64,000 nt of DNA from Solirubrobacteraceae bacterium (GTDB taxonomy: Bacteria > Actinomycetota > Thermoleophilia > Solirubrobacterales > Solirubrobacteraceae): contig DATHOH010000029.1 in assembly GCA_035485155.1 (NCBI GenBank), positions 23,760 to 87,759 of the forward strand, written 5' to 3'. Below are positions 21,475-30,021 of this stretch, one piece after another. The notes beneath the pieces are model-generated. The model was not told the DNA's origin. It was given only the letters and a program-made list of their open reading frames with translations, and did no database searches. Within the stretch, counting starts at the first letter, position 1. Each line of letters begins with the position of its first letter. Both the position numbers and the translations under genes were made by a program.

Positions 21475-22410
21475 TTACTCCCTTCGGCGCCCGGCAGCCT
21501 CCGCTTTCGGAGGCTTGTGGACGGCTTTGGCGGCGCCGGCTTCGCTTGCTTCCAGCGCGGCCAGCACCGGCGCGCCATATGCTGCGTAAACCGCTCGCAC
21601 CATCCCGGATTCGACCCCGCAGTTGATACAGAAGCCGTGCTGGGACCAGCCGATCGCCCGCGCGAGCACCTCATCCGCGTAGCTGACACCGGTGGCGTCG
21701 TGACCGTAGTAGTCATACGCGGCATCCCACGCTGATTCATCCAACGCATACGCGGCGCCGTCGGCGGAGAGCAGGTGCGCAGCGGCCATGATCGAGTCGA
21801 AGTCGTCGTAGATCGACGGGTGCGTGGGGGTCATGTGGTCGTAGCGCGCGGGGCGTTTCCCGTACTGGTAGGAGTCGCTGACGAGGTCCCACGTGGTCAC
21901 GCGACCGTTAGTGACGTTGAACTGCATCGGGCCGCCGCAGCAGTGCGCGAAGTTCAGGCCGTGATAGATGCCGGGCGCGGTCGAGAACGCGCTCTCCTGC
22001 CTGTGGATCGAGGCCAGCAGCAGCCAGTTGACGCCGAAGGTGCTCTGCGCCGTCGCGTAGATCGGATAGAAGCCTTCCATCCAGCGCTTGGAGATGTGAA
22101 CCTGCGGCGCGTCGAGCAGGTTGCGCGCGGCACTGTGCTGTTGCGCGACCGACGGGTGCGCGACGATTGGCGCATGGACGCCGGTGCTCTTGGCTGCGGC
22201 CGGGGCGGCCGCAGCCGCGGCGCTCGCCGGCGTCGGCGTCGCCGCCGAGACGAGCACGGGCGGAGGCGCAACTGAGCTCGTGCCGCCGAGCACTCCGGTG
22301 AGGACCAGCACCAGCACCAGCACCCCGAGCACGGCGAGCGTGCACGCGAGCAGCCACGCGCGCCGTTCCGACGGCGGCGCCGGCGGAGCGGCGAATCCAT
22401 GCCCGGGCAC
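21475..22410 (-). CDS. Membrane-anchored lytic transglycosylase/lysozyme-like protein
   Basis: FGVNWLLLASIHRQESAF, GGPMQF, DSIMAAAHLL; N-terminal TM and Ala/Pro linker. Confidence 0.75.
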   Translation of the reverse strand: MPGHGFAAPPAPPSERRAWLLACTLAVLGVLVLVLVLTGVLGGTSSVAPPPVLVSAATPTPASAAAAAAPAAAKSTGVHAPIVAHPSVAQQHSAARNLLDAPQVHISKRWMEGFYPIYATAQSTFGVNWLLLASIHRQESAFSTAPGIYHGLNFAHCCGGPMQFNVTNGRVTTWDLVSDSYQYGKRPARYDHMTPTHPSIYDDFDSIMAAAHLLSADGAAYALDESAWDAAYDYYGHDATGVSYADEVLARAIGWSQHGFCINCGVESGMVRAVYAAYGAPVLAALEASEAGAAKAVHKPPKAEAAGRRRE

Positions 22411-22468
22411 AGCCCCTCATCCTAGCCAGGCGCCGCGCCGATCATGCAGGTAGCGGGTTAGCACTCAC

Positions 22469-23632
22469 ATGCGCATGCCAACGCTCTGTCCAGCCGCATT
22501 CGCGGTCGCCGCCTGCCTCGCCGCGCAAATGGCGCCAGCGGCACTGGCGTCCCCGGCCGCGAACGCGCCCGTGCCCACGCCGGCGCTGAGCGCCCCTCAG
22601 CAGGCCGCGCTCGCCCTGGCGCAGACCGGGGTCGCGGCAGCCAGGCGGCACTGGTGGGATCCAAGGCGCGGCTGGTATGACTCGCGGCTGGACGACCACG
22701 AACGCTATCCGCTCGCCACCATCTGGGACAGCGTGCCGCTGTTCGAGGCACTCGACGCGATCGCGATCGCGCAGCCGACTGCCGCCAACCGGCACGCCGT
22801 CGCGAGCTTCGCCGCGGGAGCAGAGCGCTACCTCAACCGCGGCCTGCGACCCGTTCCCGGCTACTCCCCCTACCCCGGCGACCGTGAAGCCGACACCGAG
22901 ACGTGGTTCGACGACAACGGCTGGTGGGGCGTGGCGTTCGTGAACGCCTACCGCGCGACCGGCGCCCGCCGCTACCTCACGGACGCCGAACGGGCGCTCC
23001 GCTATGTCGCCGCCGCCGGCTGGGCTCGCGCCGGGGGCAGCATCTGGTGGAACACCGAGCACCCGTTCAAGTCCGGTCCCGCGCTGGCCGCTGACAGCCT
23101 GCTCGCGACGCTCGTCTACCAGAGCGACCGCTCGGCGTTCGCCCTCGCACAGGCGCGCAAGTTCATCGCGTGGGCCAACACGGGTGGCTTCAGCAGCGCC
23201 GAAGGTCTGTACGTGGACAGCAGCGTCAGCACGACGCCGGTCGACTACATCGAGGCGCCGCTGATCTACGCGCAGGCGCTGCTCTGCCATCTCACCGGCA
23301 CAGCCGCCGAATGTGAACGCGCCAGGCAGCTGCAGATCGCCGCGCTGCAGCGCTTCGGCTACCTGCTCGACTTCTCACCTCAGTACGACGCGATCTACCT
23401 GCAGTGGATGCTCGCGCTGTACTCGCTCGAAGGCAACAAGACGCTGTATCTGCTCGCGGCCGACAACGCGCGCGACGCGCAGACGCGCGCAGCCAACGGC
23501 CAGGGCCTGTACCTGCTCTCCTGGAACGGCGAAACGCTGCCGGCCTCCGACGCACAGCCGGGCATGCTGCAGACGCACGCCGCCACCACCAGCCTGTTCG
23601 CCTGGCTGGCGGTCTATCCGCCGCCGGCATGA
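22469..23632 (+). CDS. Secreted glycoside hydrolase family 76 (alpha-1,6-mannanase-like)
   Basis: Signal peptide; WFDDNGWWG catalytic DD motif; GGSIWW. Confidence 0.8.
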   Translation: MRMPTLCPAAFAVAACLAAQMAPAALASPAANAPVPTPALSAPQQAALALAQTGVAAARRHWWDPRRGWYDSRLDDHERYPLATIWDSVPLFEALDAIAIAQPTAANRHAVASFAAGAERYLNRGLRPVPGYSPYPGDREADTETWFDDNGWWGVAFVNAYRATGARRYLTDAERALRYVAAAGWARAGGSIWWNTEHPFKSGPALAADSLLATLVYQSDRSAFALAQARKFIAWANTGGFSSAEGLYVDSSVSTTPVDYIEAPLIYAQALLCHLTGTAAECERARQLQIAALQRFGYLLDFSPQYDAIYLQWMLALYSLEGNKTLYLLAADNARDAQTRAANGQGLYLLSWNGETLPASDAQPGMLQTHAATTSLFAWLAVYPPPA

Positions 23633-23711
23633 GCCACGCTCACACGCCGAGCTGAGACTTCAGGCGTGAGCAGACCCACCCCGCGATCAGCGGGCACTTA
23701 GGATGGGCACG

Positions 23712-25055
23712 ATGCTTTCCCCGCTGAAAATGTGCGCGCTTGCAGGGAGCTCGTCGCTCGTGCGCGTGATGAGCGGCGTCGCATCGCTGGCCGTGCTCGC
23801 CGTCTCGGTCGCTCTCACGGGCTGCGGCACGACGCACGCTGACACACCGACCGCCGTGCTCGCCGACGCGCAGCCGCGCAGCTCGAGCGAACCCAAGAGC
23901 TGCCCCGCGGCGGTGCTCGCCACTCGCGCCAGCGTTGTCGAACGCGTGTATCACGAGGGCGTCCACAGCGAACGCGTCGACAGCGCCGAGTACCTCATCG
24001 AGCACTCGGCGGGGCTGCGCGCAGCCGTGGAAGGCGCGAACAGGCCCGCCGCGCGCGCCGCCATCCAGGCGCTTCTGGCAACCGGGCACCTGACCGATCT
24101 CGCCATCACGCGCGCCGGTAAGCCGTTCATCGCCGTCGGGACTCCCGCGCTGGCGCCCGTGCAGGGAACGCTCACGGGCGCACGCGGAACCGCCATCGCG
24201 AGCTACGTCACGAGCGTCTGGGCGGACAACGGCTTCCTGTCCGAGTCGCGCGGGATCAGCCAGGGCGTCATCGTGCTGCGAACCGCCAAGGGAACCAGCG
24301 TCGGCGGCTCTCCCTCGCTCGGCTCCCATTCGCTGCCGAATGAAGGCACCCTGATGCTGAAAGGCGTCGCGTACAGCTACACGTCGTTCCCGGCGCAGGC
24401 GTATCCGTCGGGTGCGCTGCGGGTGTATCTGCTGATCCCGACGAGCGCGACCTCCCCGCTCTGCGGACGTACAACGCAGGACACCACCGTCAACACGCTG
24501 CGACGCGTCGCCGAGCTGATCTACTCGGGCGAGACCGCCGGGCGTGCCACCCGCGCGCAGGTGCGCCGGGTGCAGAGCAGCCGGCCACTGCTGGAAGCGG
24601 TCGCCCGCCGCGAACCTGCTGGCACCGAACGCGCAATCCACGCCCTGCTCAACCACCACATCGTGCGGTTGCGGGTCAGCGCCGGCGGGCAGCTCCTGTC
24701 CGACGTCGGCGGCCCCTACGTGCTCGGCCCGGTGAGCGCGCCGCTACGGTTCGGCGGGCACACGATCGGCAGCTTCGTGCTCTCGATCCAGGACGACGAA
24801 GGCTATCTGCGCCTGACCAGACGCCTGGCCGGGCTCGATGTGTTGATGTACATGAACCTCGGCTCCGGCCCGCCGCAGCTCGTCAAGGACAGCCTCGGGC
24901 CGATGCCGGGACCGGCGCTCGCAAGCGTGCCCGCCAGCGGCGCCTACCGCTACCGGGGGCGCAGCTTCCGCGTGTTCACCGTGCACGCCGCGGCCTTCCC
25001 ATCGGGGCCGCTGACGATCCGGGTGCTCGTACCGATTCCCTATCCCGGCGCCTGA
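23712..25055 (+). CDS. Lipoprotein of two repeated Cache-like sensor modules with no output domain
   Basis: Lipobox LTGC; two internal repeats ending AYPSGALRVYLLIP and AFPSGPLTIRVLVP; start 7 nt after TAGGAT. Confidence 0.6.
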   Translation: MLSPLKMCALAGSSSLVRVMSGVASLAVLAVSVALTGCGTTHADTPTAVLADAQPRSSSEPKSCPAAVLATRASVVERVYHEGVHSERVDSAEYLIEHSAGLRAAVEGANRPAARAAIQALLATGHLTDLAITRAGKPFIAVGTPALAPVQGTLTGARGTAIASYVTSVWADNGFLSESRGISQGVIVLRTAKGTSVGGSPSLGSHSLPNEGTLMLKGVAYSYTSFPAQAYPSGALRVYLLIPTSATSPLCGRTTQDTTVNTLRRVAELIYSGETAGRATRAQVRRVQSSRPLLEAVARREPAGTERAIHALLNHHIVRLRVSAGGQLLSDVGGPYVLGPVSAPLRFGGHTIGSFVLSIQDDEGYLRLTRRLAGLDVLMYMNLGSGPPQLVKDSLGPMPGPALASVPASGAYRYRGRSFRVFTVHAAAFPSGPLTIRVLVPIPYPGA

Positions 25056-25064
25056 ATCAGGACG

Positions 25065-26192
25065 CTAGGCCAGCGCGAGCGTCTGCTGCTTCTCGCGCAG
25101 CGACTGCATCAGCTGCTCGAACGCCTCGGCGAATTTCTCGACTCCCTCACGCTCGAGCGTATCGGTGACGTCGTCGTAGTCGACGCCCACGCGCGCGAGC
25201 CTCTCGAGCAGCGCCTTCGCGTCGTCCAGCTCTCTCTGCAGCCGAGGCTGGGGCTCGCCGTGGTCCTGATAGGCCAAGATCGTCTCCTCGGGCATTGTGT
25301 TGACGGTGTCCGAGCCGATCAGCTCCTCGACGTACAACGTGTCGGGATAGGCGGGGTTCTTGACCGAGGTCGAAGCCCACAGCACGCGTTGGGGGGTCGC
25401 GCCCTTGCCCACCAGGTATTCCCAGCGCGGGCCGCTGAAGGCGTCGAGGTAGTGCGCGTAGGCGAGCTTTGCGTTGGCGACGGCAAGCTTGCCCTGGAGC
25501 TCTTTGGGTGCGCCGACGTCTTCCAGGCGCCGGTCCGCCTCGGTGTCGATCCGCGAGACGAAGAAGCTCGCCACCGAGGCGACCTTGCGAGGGTCTCCGC
25601 CCTCGGCGACGAGCCGCTCGATGCCGCGTATGTAGGACTCTGCCACCTCGGCGTAGCGGCGCAGCGAGAAGATCAGCGTGACGTTGATCGAGCGGCCCTT
25701 GGACACGACGTCCTCGATCGCGGCCAGGCCGGGCTTCGTCGCGGGGATCTTCACCATCAGGTTGGGCCGCTCGACGCTTTCGTGGATGCGCATCGCCTCG
25801 CGGAAGGTTTGCAGCGTGTCGTAGGCCAGTCGCGGATCGACCTCGAGGGAGACGTAACCGTCGCGGCCGCTGCCGCCATCCCAGACCGGCCGGAACACGT
25901 CGCACGCGTCGCGGATGTCCTGTTCGGCCAGGGCCCAGAAGATCGCCTCCACATCTGCCGGCCGCGTGGGGTCCTGATCGATCAGCTCGTGGATCTGCTC
26001 GTCGTAGGCGCTGCCCGAGCCCATCGCCTTCTCGAAGATCGACGGGTTCGAGGTGGCGCCGACGACGGAGTCCTCGTCGATCAGCTGCTGCAGATGACCG
26101 CCGCGGATCGAGTCACGCGAGAGGAAGTCCACCCACACGCTCTGGCCGAGAGCTGAGAGATGCTCGAGGGGCGTAGATGTGTCGGAGGGCAT
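25065..26192 (-). CDS. tal: Transaldolase (actinobacterial type)
   Basis: GATSNPSIF, VSLEVDP, VKIPAT, INVTLIFS, LWASTSVKNP. Confidence 0.96.
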   Translation of the reverse strand: MPSDTSTPLEHLSALGQSVWVDFLSRDSIRGGHLQQLIDEDSVVGATSNPSIFEKAMGSGSAYDEQIHELIDQDPTRPADVEAIFWALAEQDIRDACDVFRPVWDGGSGRDGYVSLEVDPRLAYDTLQTFREAMRIHESVERPNLMVKIPATKPGLAAIEDVVSKGRSINVTLIFSLRRYAEVAESYIRGIERLVAEGGDPRKVASVASFFVSRIDTEADRRLEDVGAPKELQGKLAVANAKLAYAHYLDAFSGPRWEYLVGKGATPQRVLWASTSVKNPAYPDTLYVEELIGSDTVNTMPEETILAYQDHGEPQPRLQRELDDAKALLERLARVGVDYDDVTDTLEREGVEKFAEAFEQLMQSLREKQQTLALA

Positions 26193-26215
26193 CGTGTCTC
26201 CTTATCGGTTGCGCG

Positions 26216-28297
26216 TCAGTGTTTCGATTCAAGCAGAGCGCTCGCGCGCGCGAGGATGTTCTCGAAGCTGAACCCCAGCTCCTCGAGCACCCTGGCGCCC
26301 GGCGCGGATGCGCCGAAGCGGTCGAGGCCGAGGACCTCGCCGTCGAGCCCCACCCACTTCCACCAGCTGATGCTCGCTCCCGGCTCCACCGCGAGGCGCG
26401 TCCTGACCGACGGCGGCAGCACCTGGTCACGGTAGGCCTGCGTCTGCGCTTCGAACAGCTCGATGCACGGCATCGACACGACGCGAACGTCTCGCCCCTG
26501 CTGCGCCAGCGCCTGCCCCGCCTGCAGCGTCGGCGCCACCTCGGACCCGGTCGCGATCAGCACGATCTCCGGGAGGGTGTCGGCGCCGTTGGCGGCCATC
26601 GCCGCGGCTGAGTCCCACAGCACGTAGCCGCCGTGCTCGAGCCCCTCTGCCGGGGCCACCTCGGTGCGGTCCAGCACCGGCATGTTCTGCCGCGAGAGCA
26701 GCAGCGCGATCGGCCCGTCATCGCGTTCGAGTGCCACGCGCCACGCGACGCTCGTCTCGTTCGGGTCGCCAGGGCGAATCACCCACAGGTGCGGGATCGC
26801 ACGCAGCGCCGCGTAGTGCTCGACCGGCTGGTGCGTCGGGCCGTCCTCGCCGAGACCGATCGAGTCGTGCGTCCACACCCACACAACCGGCAGTCCCATC
26901 ACCGCCGACAGCCGCACGGCGCCGCGCATGTAGTCGGAGAACGTCAGGAACGTCGAGCCGTACGGTTTGACGATCCCTCCGTGCGCGCACGCGCCGTTGA
27001 CGATCGCGCCCATCGCGTGCTCGCGGATCCCGAACGGCACGTTGCGTCCGGCGTGCACCTTCGAGAACTCGCCCGCACCCTCGAACACGGTCTTGGTCGA
27101 CTCCACCAGGTCGGCCGCGCCGCCGATCATCGTCGGCGCGAATTCCGAGAACGCCGCCATCGCCTTCTGGCCGGCCGAGCGCGTCGCCAGTTCCGTGCCC
27201 GCCTCGAACTCGGGCAGCGCCTCGCGCCAGCCCTCGCGCATGCGCCCGGCCCACGCTTCGTCCCACTCCGCCGCCATCTCGGGGAAGTCCTCGCGCCACT
27301 CCTGGAAGCGCCCCGTCCACGCCCCCTGCGCGGCGGCGCCGCGCTCGCGCAGTGACATGTGCTCATACACACGCTCGTCGACCCAGAACGAGCGATCCGG
27401 ATCGAAACCCATGACTTCCTTGGTGGCGCGCACTTCGGCTTCCCCGAGCGGAGCGCCGTGCGCCTTCGCCGTGTCGACGGCGTGCGGCGCGGGGTAGGCG
27501 ATGTGCGAGCGGATCGCGATGAACGACGGGCGCTCGAGTTCGTCGCGCGCCGTCGCGAGTGCCGCTTCGAGCGCGTCGAGGTCCTCTGAGTCCTCGACGC
27601 GCTGAACGTGCCAGCCCTCGGCCTCCATGCGCCGCGTGTGGTTCTCACCGTCGAACGACAGCGCCGTCGTGCCGTCGATCGTGATGTGGTTGTCGTCGTA
27701 GCAGACGACCAGCTTGCCAAGGTCGAAGTTCCCCGCGAGGGAAGCGGTTTCCTGGCTGATGCCCTCCATCATGTCGCCGTCCGAGCAGATCGCGTACACG
27801 TGGTGATCGACCGGCTCGTGTCCGGGCCGGTTGAAGCGGTCCGCCAGGAAGCGCTCCGCGATCGCCATCCCGACCGCGTTGGCGATGCCCTGTCCCAGCG
27901 GCCCCGTCGTGATCTCGATCCCCGGCGTGTGACCGCGCTCGGGGTGCCCCGGCGTACGCGAGCCCCACTGACGAAACCGTTCCAGGTCCTCGAGACCGAG
28001 GTCATAGCCGCTCAGATGCAGCAGCGAGTACTGCAGCACACACGCGTGTCCGGCGCTCAGCACGAAGCGGTCGCGGTCTGGCCACTCGGTGTCCCGCGGG
28101 TTGACGTGCAGGAAGTGCTGATAGATCGTGTACCCGAGCGGCGCCAGCGCCATCGCCGTGCCTGGATGCCCGGCGTTCGCCTTCTGCACGGCGTCCATCG
28201 ACAGCGCCCGGATCGTGTCGATCGACAGCCTGCGGATCTCAGCGTCCTCGTGCGCTGCGGCGCCCGGAGAAGTGCTCGCTTGGCTTGACGTCGCCAT
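26216..28297 (-). CDS. tkt: Transketolase
   Basis: SMDAVQKANAGHPG, DRDRFVLSAGH, TTGPLGQG, SDGDMMEG, GEDGPTHQP; start MATSSQ 8 nt after TAGGAT. Confidence 0.96.
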   Translation of the reverse strand: MATSSQASTSPGAAAHEDAEIRRLSIDTIRALSMDAVQKANAGHPGTAMALAPLGYTIYQHFLHVNPRDTEWPDRDRFVLSAGHACVLQYSLLHLSGYDLGLEDLERFRQWGSRTPGHPERGHTPGIEITTGPLGQGIANAVGMAIAERFLADRFNRPGHEPVDHHVYAICSDGDMMEGISQETASLAGNFDLGKLVVCYDDNHITIDGTTALSFDGENHTRRMEAEGWHVQRVEDSEDLDALEAALATARDELERPSFIAIRSHIAYPAPHAVDTAKAHGAPLGEAEVRATKEVMGFDPDRSFWVDERVYEHMSLRERGAAAQGAWTGRFQEWREDFPEMAAEWDEAWAGRMREGWREALPEFEAGTELATRSAGQKAMAAFSEFAPTMIGGAADLVESTKTVFEGAGEFSKVHAGRNVPFGIREHAMGAIVNGACAHGGIVKPYGSTFLTFSDYMRGAVRLSAVMGLPVVWVWTHDSIGLGEDGPTHQPVEHYAALRAIPHLWVIRPGDPNETSVAWRVALERDDGPIALLLSRQNMPVLDRTEVAPAEGLEHGGYVLWDSAAAMAANGADTLPEIVLIATGSEVAPTLQAGQALAQQGRDVRVVSMPCIELFEAQTQAYRDQVLPPSVRTRLAVEPGASISWWKWVGLDGEVLGLDRFGASAPGARVLEELGFSFENILARASALLESKH

Positions 28298-28342
28298 CGC
28301 AGTCGATCCTACCCCGATCCGGCTCGGTAGAGTCGCAAGATC

Positions 28343-29284
28343 GTGAACGAGCAATTCTGCGACGTCGGCCGTGGCATAACCCTGAGCTATGAGAGCTTCG
28401 GCTCGCCGTCGGATCCGACCGCGCTGCTGATCATGGGCCTCGGCACGCAGATGGTCGCGTGGCCGGAGGACTTCTGCAACGAGCTCGCAGCGCGCGGGTT
28501 GCACGTGGTGCGCTTCGACAACCGCGACATCGGGCGCTCGACCCACTTGAGCGGTCGCCCGCCGAGCACCGCCGAGCTGCTGCGGCGCTCCGGCCGCGCC
28601 GCCCAGTACACCCTCGCCGACATGGCCGACGACAGCGCCGGGCTGCTGCGCGCGCTCGAGCTGGCGCCGGCACACGTCATCGGCGCCTCGATGGGCGGCA
28701 TGATCGCGCAGACGCTCGCGGCGCGCCACCCCACGCTCGTGCGCTCGCTCGTCTCGATCATGTCCAACACCGGCAGCCGGCGCAGCGGGCAGCCCTCGCT
28801 GCGCGTCTATCCGATCTTCCTACGCCGCCCGCCCAGCGGCCGCGAGGCGCTGATCGCCCACACCGAGCGCCTGTTCTCGGTGATCGGCTCCTCCGGCCTG
28901 CCGCGTGATGACGAGGACATCCGCGCGCTCGCCGAAACCAGCTACGACCGCGACCACGATCCCGAAGGCTCGGGGCGTCAGCTCGCCGCGATCATCGCTT
29001 CCGGCAACCGCACCGCCGAACTGGCACGTATAAGCGCCCCGACGCTCGTGATCCACGGCAGCGCCGACCCGCTGGTGGCTCCCTCAGGCGGCCGCGCGAC
29101 CGCACGCGCGATCGCGGGAGCCGAGCTGATGATGATCAAGGGCATGGGCCACGACCTGCCGCGCGCCGCCTGGCCCCAGATCATCGACGGGATCGCGACC
29201 CACGCACTGCGCGCCGACGGCGCCGCCGCCGCCGACGGCAGTGAACCTGCCCCTACCGGCCCGTCCCCCGTGGCGGGCCGGTAG
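28343..29284 (+). CDS. Alpha/beta hydrolase
   Basis: LIMGLG, FDNRDIGRS, GASMGG nucleophile elbow, HGSADP, GMGHDLP. Confidence 0.92.
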   Translation: MNEQFCDVGRGITLSYESFGSPSDPTALLIMGLGTQMVAWPEDFCNELAARGLHVVRFDNRDIGRSTHLSGRPPSTAELLRRSGRAAQYTLADMADDSAGLLRALELAPAHVIGASMGGMIAQTLAARHPTLVRSLVSIMSNTGSRRSGQPSLRVYPIFLRRPPSGREALIAHTERLFSVIGSSGLPRDDEDIRALAETSYDRDHDPEGSGRQLAAIIASGNRTAELARISAPTLVIHGSADPLVAPSGGRATARAIAGAELMMIKGMGHDLPRAAWPQIIDGIATHALRADGAAAADGSEPAPTGPSPVAGR

Positions 29285-29320
29285 GTAGGGACAGGCACCG
29301 CCCCGGCCCCTGCTGATCCC

Positions 29321-29521
29321 TCAGCTCCCCTGTGGCCTGCGGCTGCACGCGCGCAGCCCGAGCACCGAGTGCGCTCGCGCGCTCGCGCACCAGCACCCCT
29401 CGGACTGGACGCGCACCAGCCAGTGGAGATCGTGGCGACAGTGCGACCGCCTGTACGGCCAGCGTCCGTGCAGCGCTCGAAGCATCCGTTGCTCGTGACA
29501 CGAGAACACACGCATCTCCAT
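29321..29521 (-). CDS. Candidate 66-aa Cys/His-rich small protein
   Basis: SD GGAGGG 5 nt before ATG 29521; most third codon positions G/C; no recognised family. Confidence 0.4.
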   Translation of the reverse strand: MEMRVFSCHEQRMLRALHGRWPYRRSHCRHDLHWLVRVQSEGCWCASARAHSVLGLRACSRRPQGS

Positions 29522-29643
29522 CAGAGCCCTCCGTCCTGCGGCTGGTCTCGCCTCGTGCTTGACCCAGATCCCATCGTCCCGATCCCTTCCATCGACTGGC
29601 GGGTGCCCCTGCTTCCCAGACATATAAATCAGGTTTTACGCAG

Positions 29644-29698
29644 GTTGTCAACTTGAGTCTCGAGATTGACAACTGGACGGATAACCGGACGTATAACC
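29644..29698. repeat. Inverted repeat GTTGTCAA-N14-TTGACAAC plus tandem GGACG(G/T)ATAACC x2
   Basis: Arms 29644-29651 and 29666-29673; direct repeats 29675-29686 and 29687-29698. Confidence 0.8.
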
Positions 29699-29841
29699 GC
29701 CGGCATTGCAGTCGTACGTTTCGTCGCTGACAGTGCGAGTAGGGCCTGGCTGTGTTTGCCAAGCCAGCCGCAAGGGGGCGCAGTAAGCGTCCGCCGAGCG
29801 ATCGGTGCGGCGGCTGCGCGGGCTGCTGGGAGAAGCGAGAG

Positions 29842-29937
29842 TGCGCCCGGAGGGAATCGAACCCTCGGCCTGCGGCTTGAAAGACCGCTGCTCTTTGGCT
29901 CCCCGAAGAGAACCGTTGACCACTGAGCTACGGGCGC
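29842..29937 (-). tRNA. tRNA with UUC (Glu) anticodon, atypical body and hairpin inserted in D-loop
   Basis: Acceptor GCGCCCG/CGGGCGC+A73, D stem GCTC/GAGC, anticodon arm GCGGT-CTTTCAA-GCCGC, variable AGGCC, T arm GAGGG-TTCGATT-CCCTC; CCA not encoded. Confidence 0.88.
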
Positions 29938-29971
29938 GCGTTATGGATGTCTATCGGACGACGAGCACCAT

Positions 29972-29977
29972 ATTCTA
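29972..29977 (-). promoter_or_regulatory. Probable -10 box (TAGAAT) of the tRNA gene
   Basis: Near-consensus hexamer about 35 nt upstream of the tRNA 5' end. Confidence 0.55.
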
Positions 29978-30021
29978 AAGCAGCACTCGCGGTACGCGTT
30001 CGACGATCGCGCCGATCAGGG

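Noticed and set aside
29325-29405. TPP-riboswitch-like GGGGTGCT...GCTGAG on the minus strand
   Set aside because: Lacks the ACCC/CCTGA and pyrophosphate-helix elements, lies inside a probable ORF and is not upstream of a thiamine gene.
29652-29672. HspR HAIR operator (CTTGAGT-N7-ACTCAAG)
   Set aside because: Only the left half-site matches and no chaperone gene follows.
29842-29937. Y RNA (YrlA), tmRNA or archaeal-type intron explanations for the odd tRNA
   Set aside because: Normal non-permuted cloverleaf, no Ro60 gene nearby, no tag ORF and no bulge-helix-bulge at the insert junctions.
29285-30021. Intact prophage, IS or integrase next to the tRNA
   Set aside because: No recombinase or transposase ORF in any frame; only short repeats remain.
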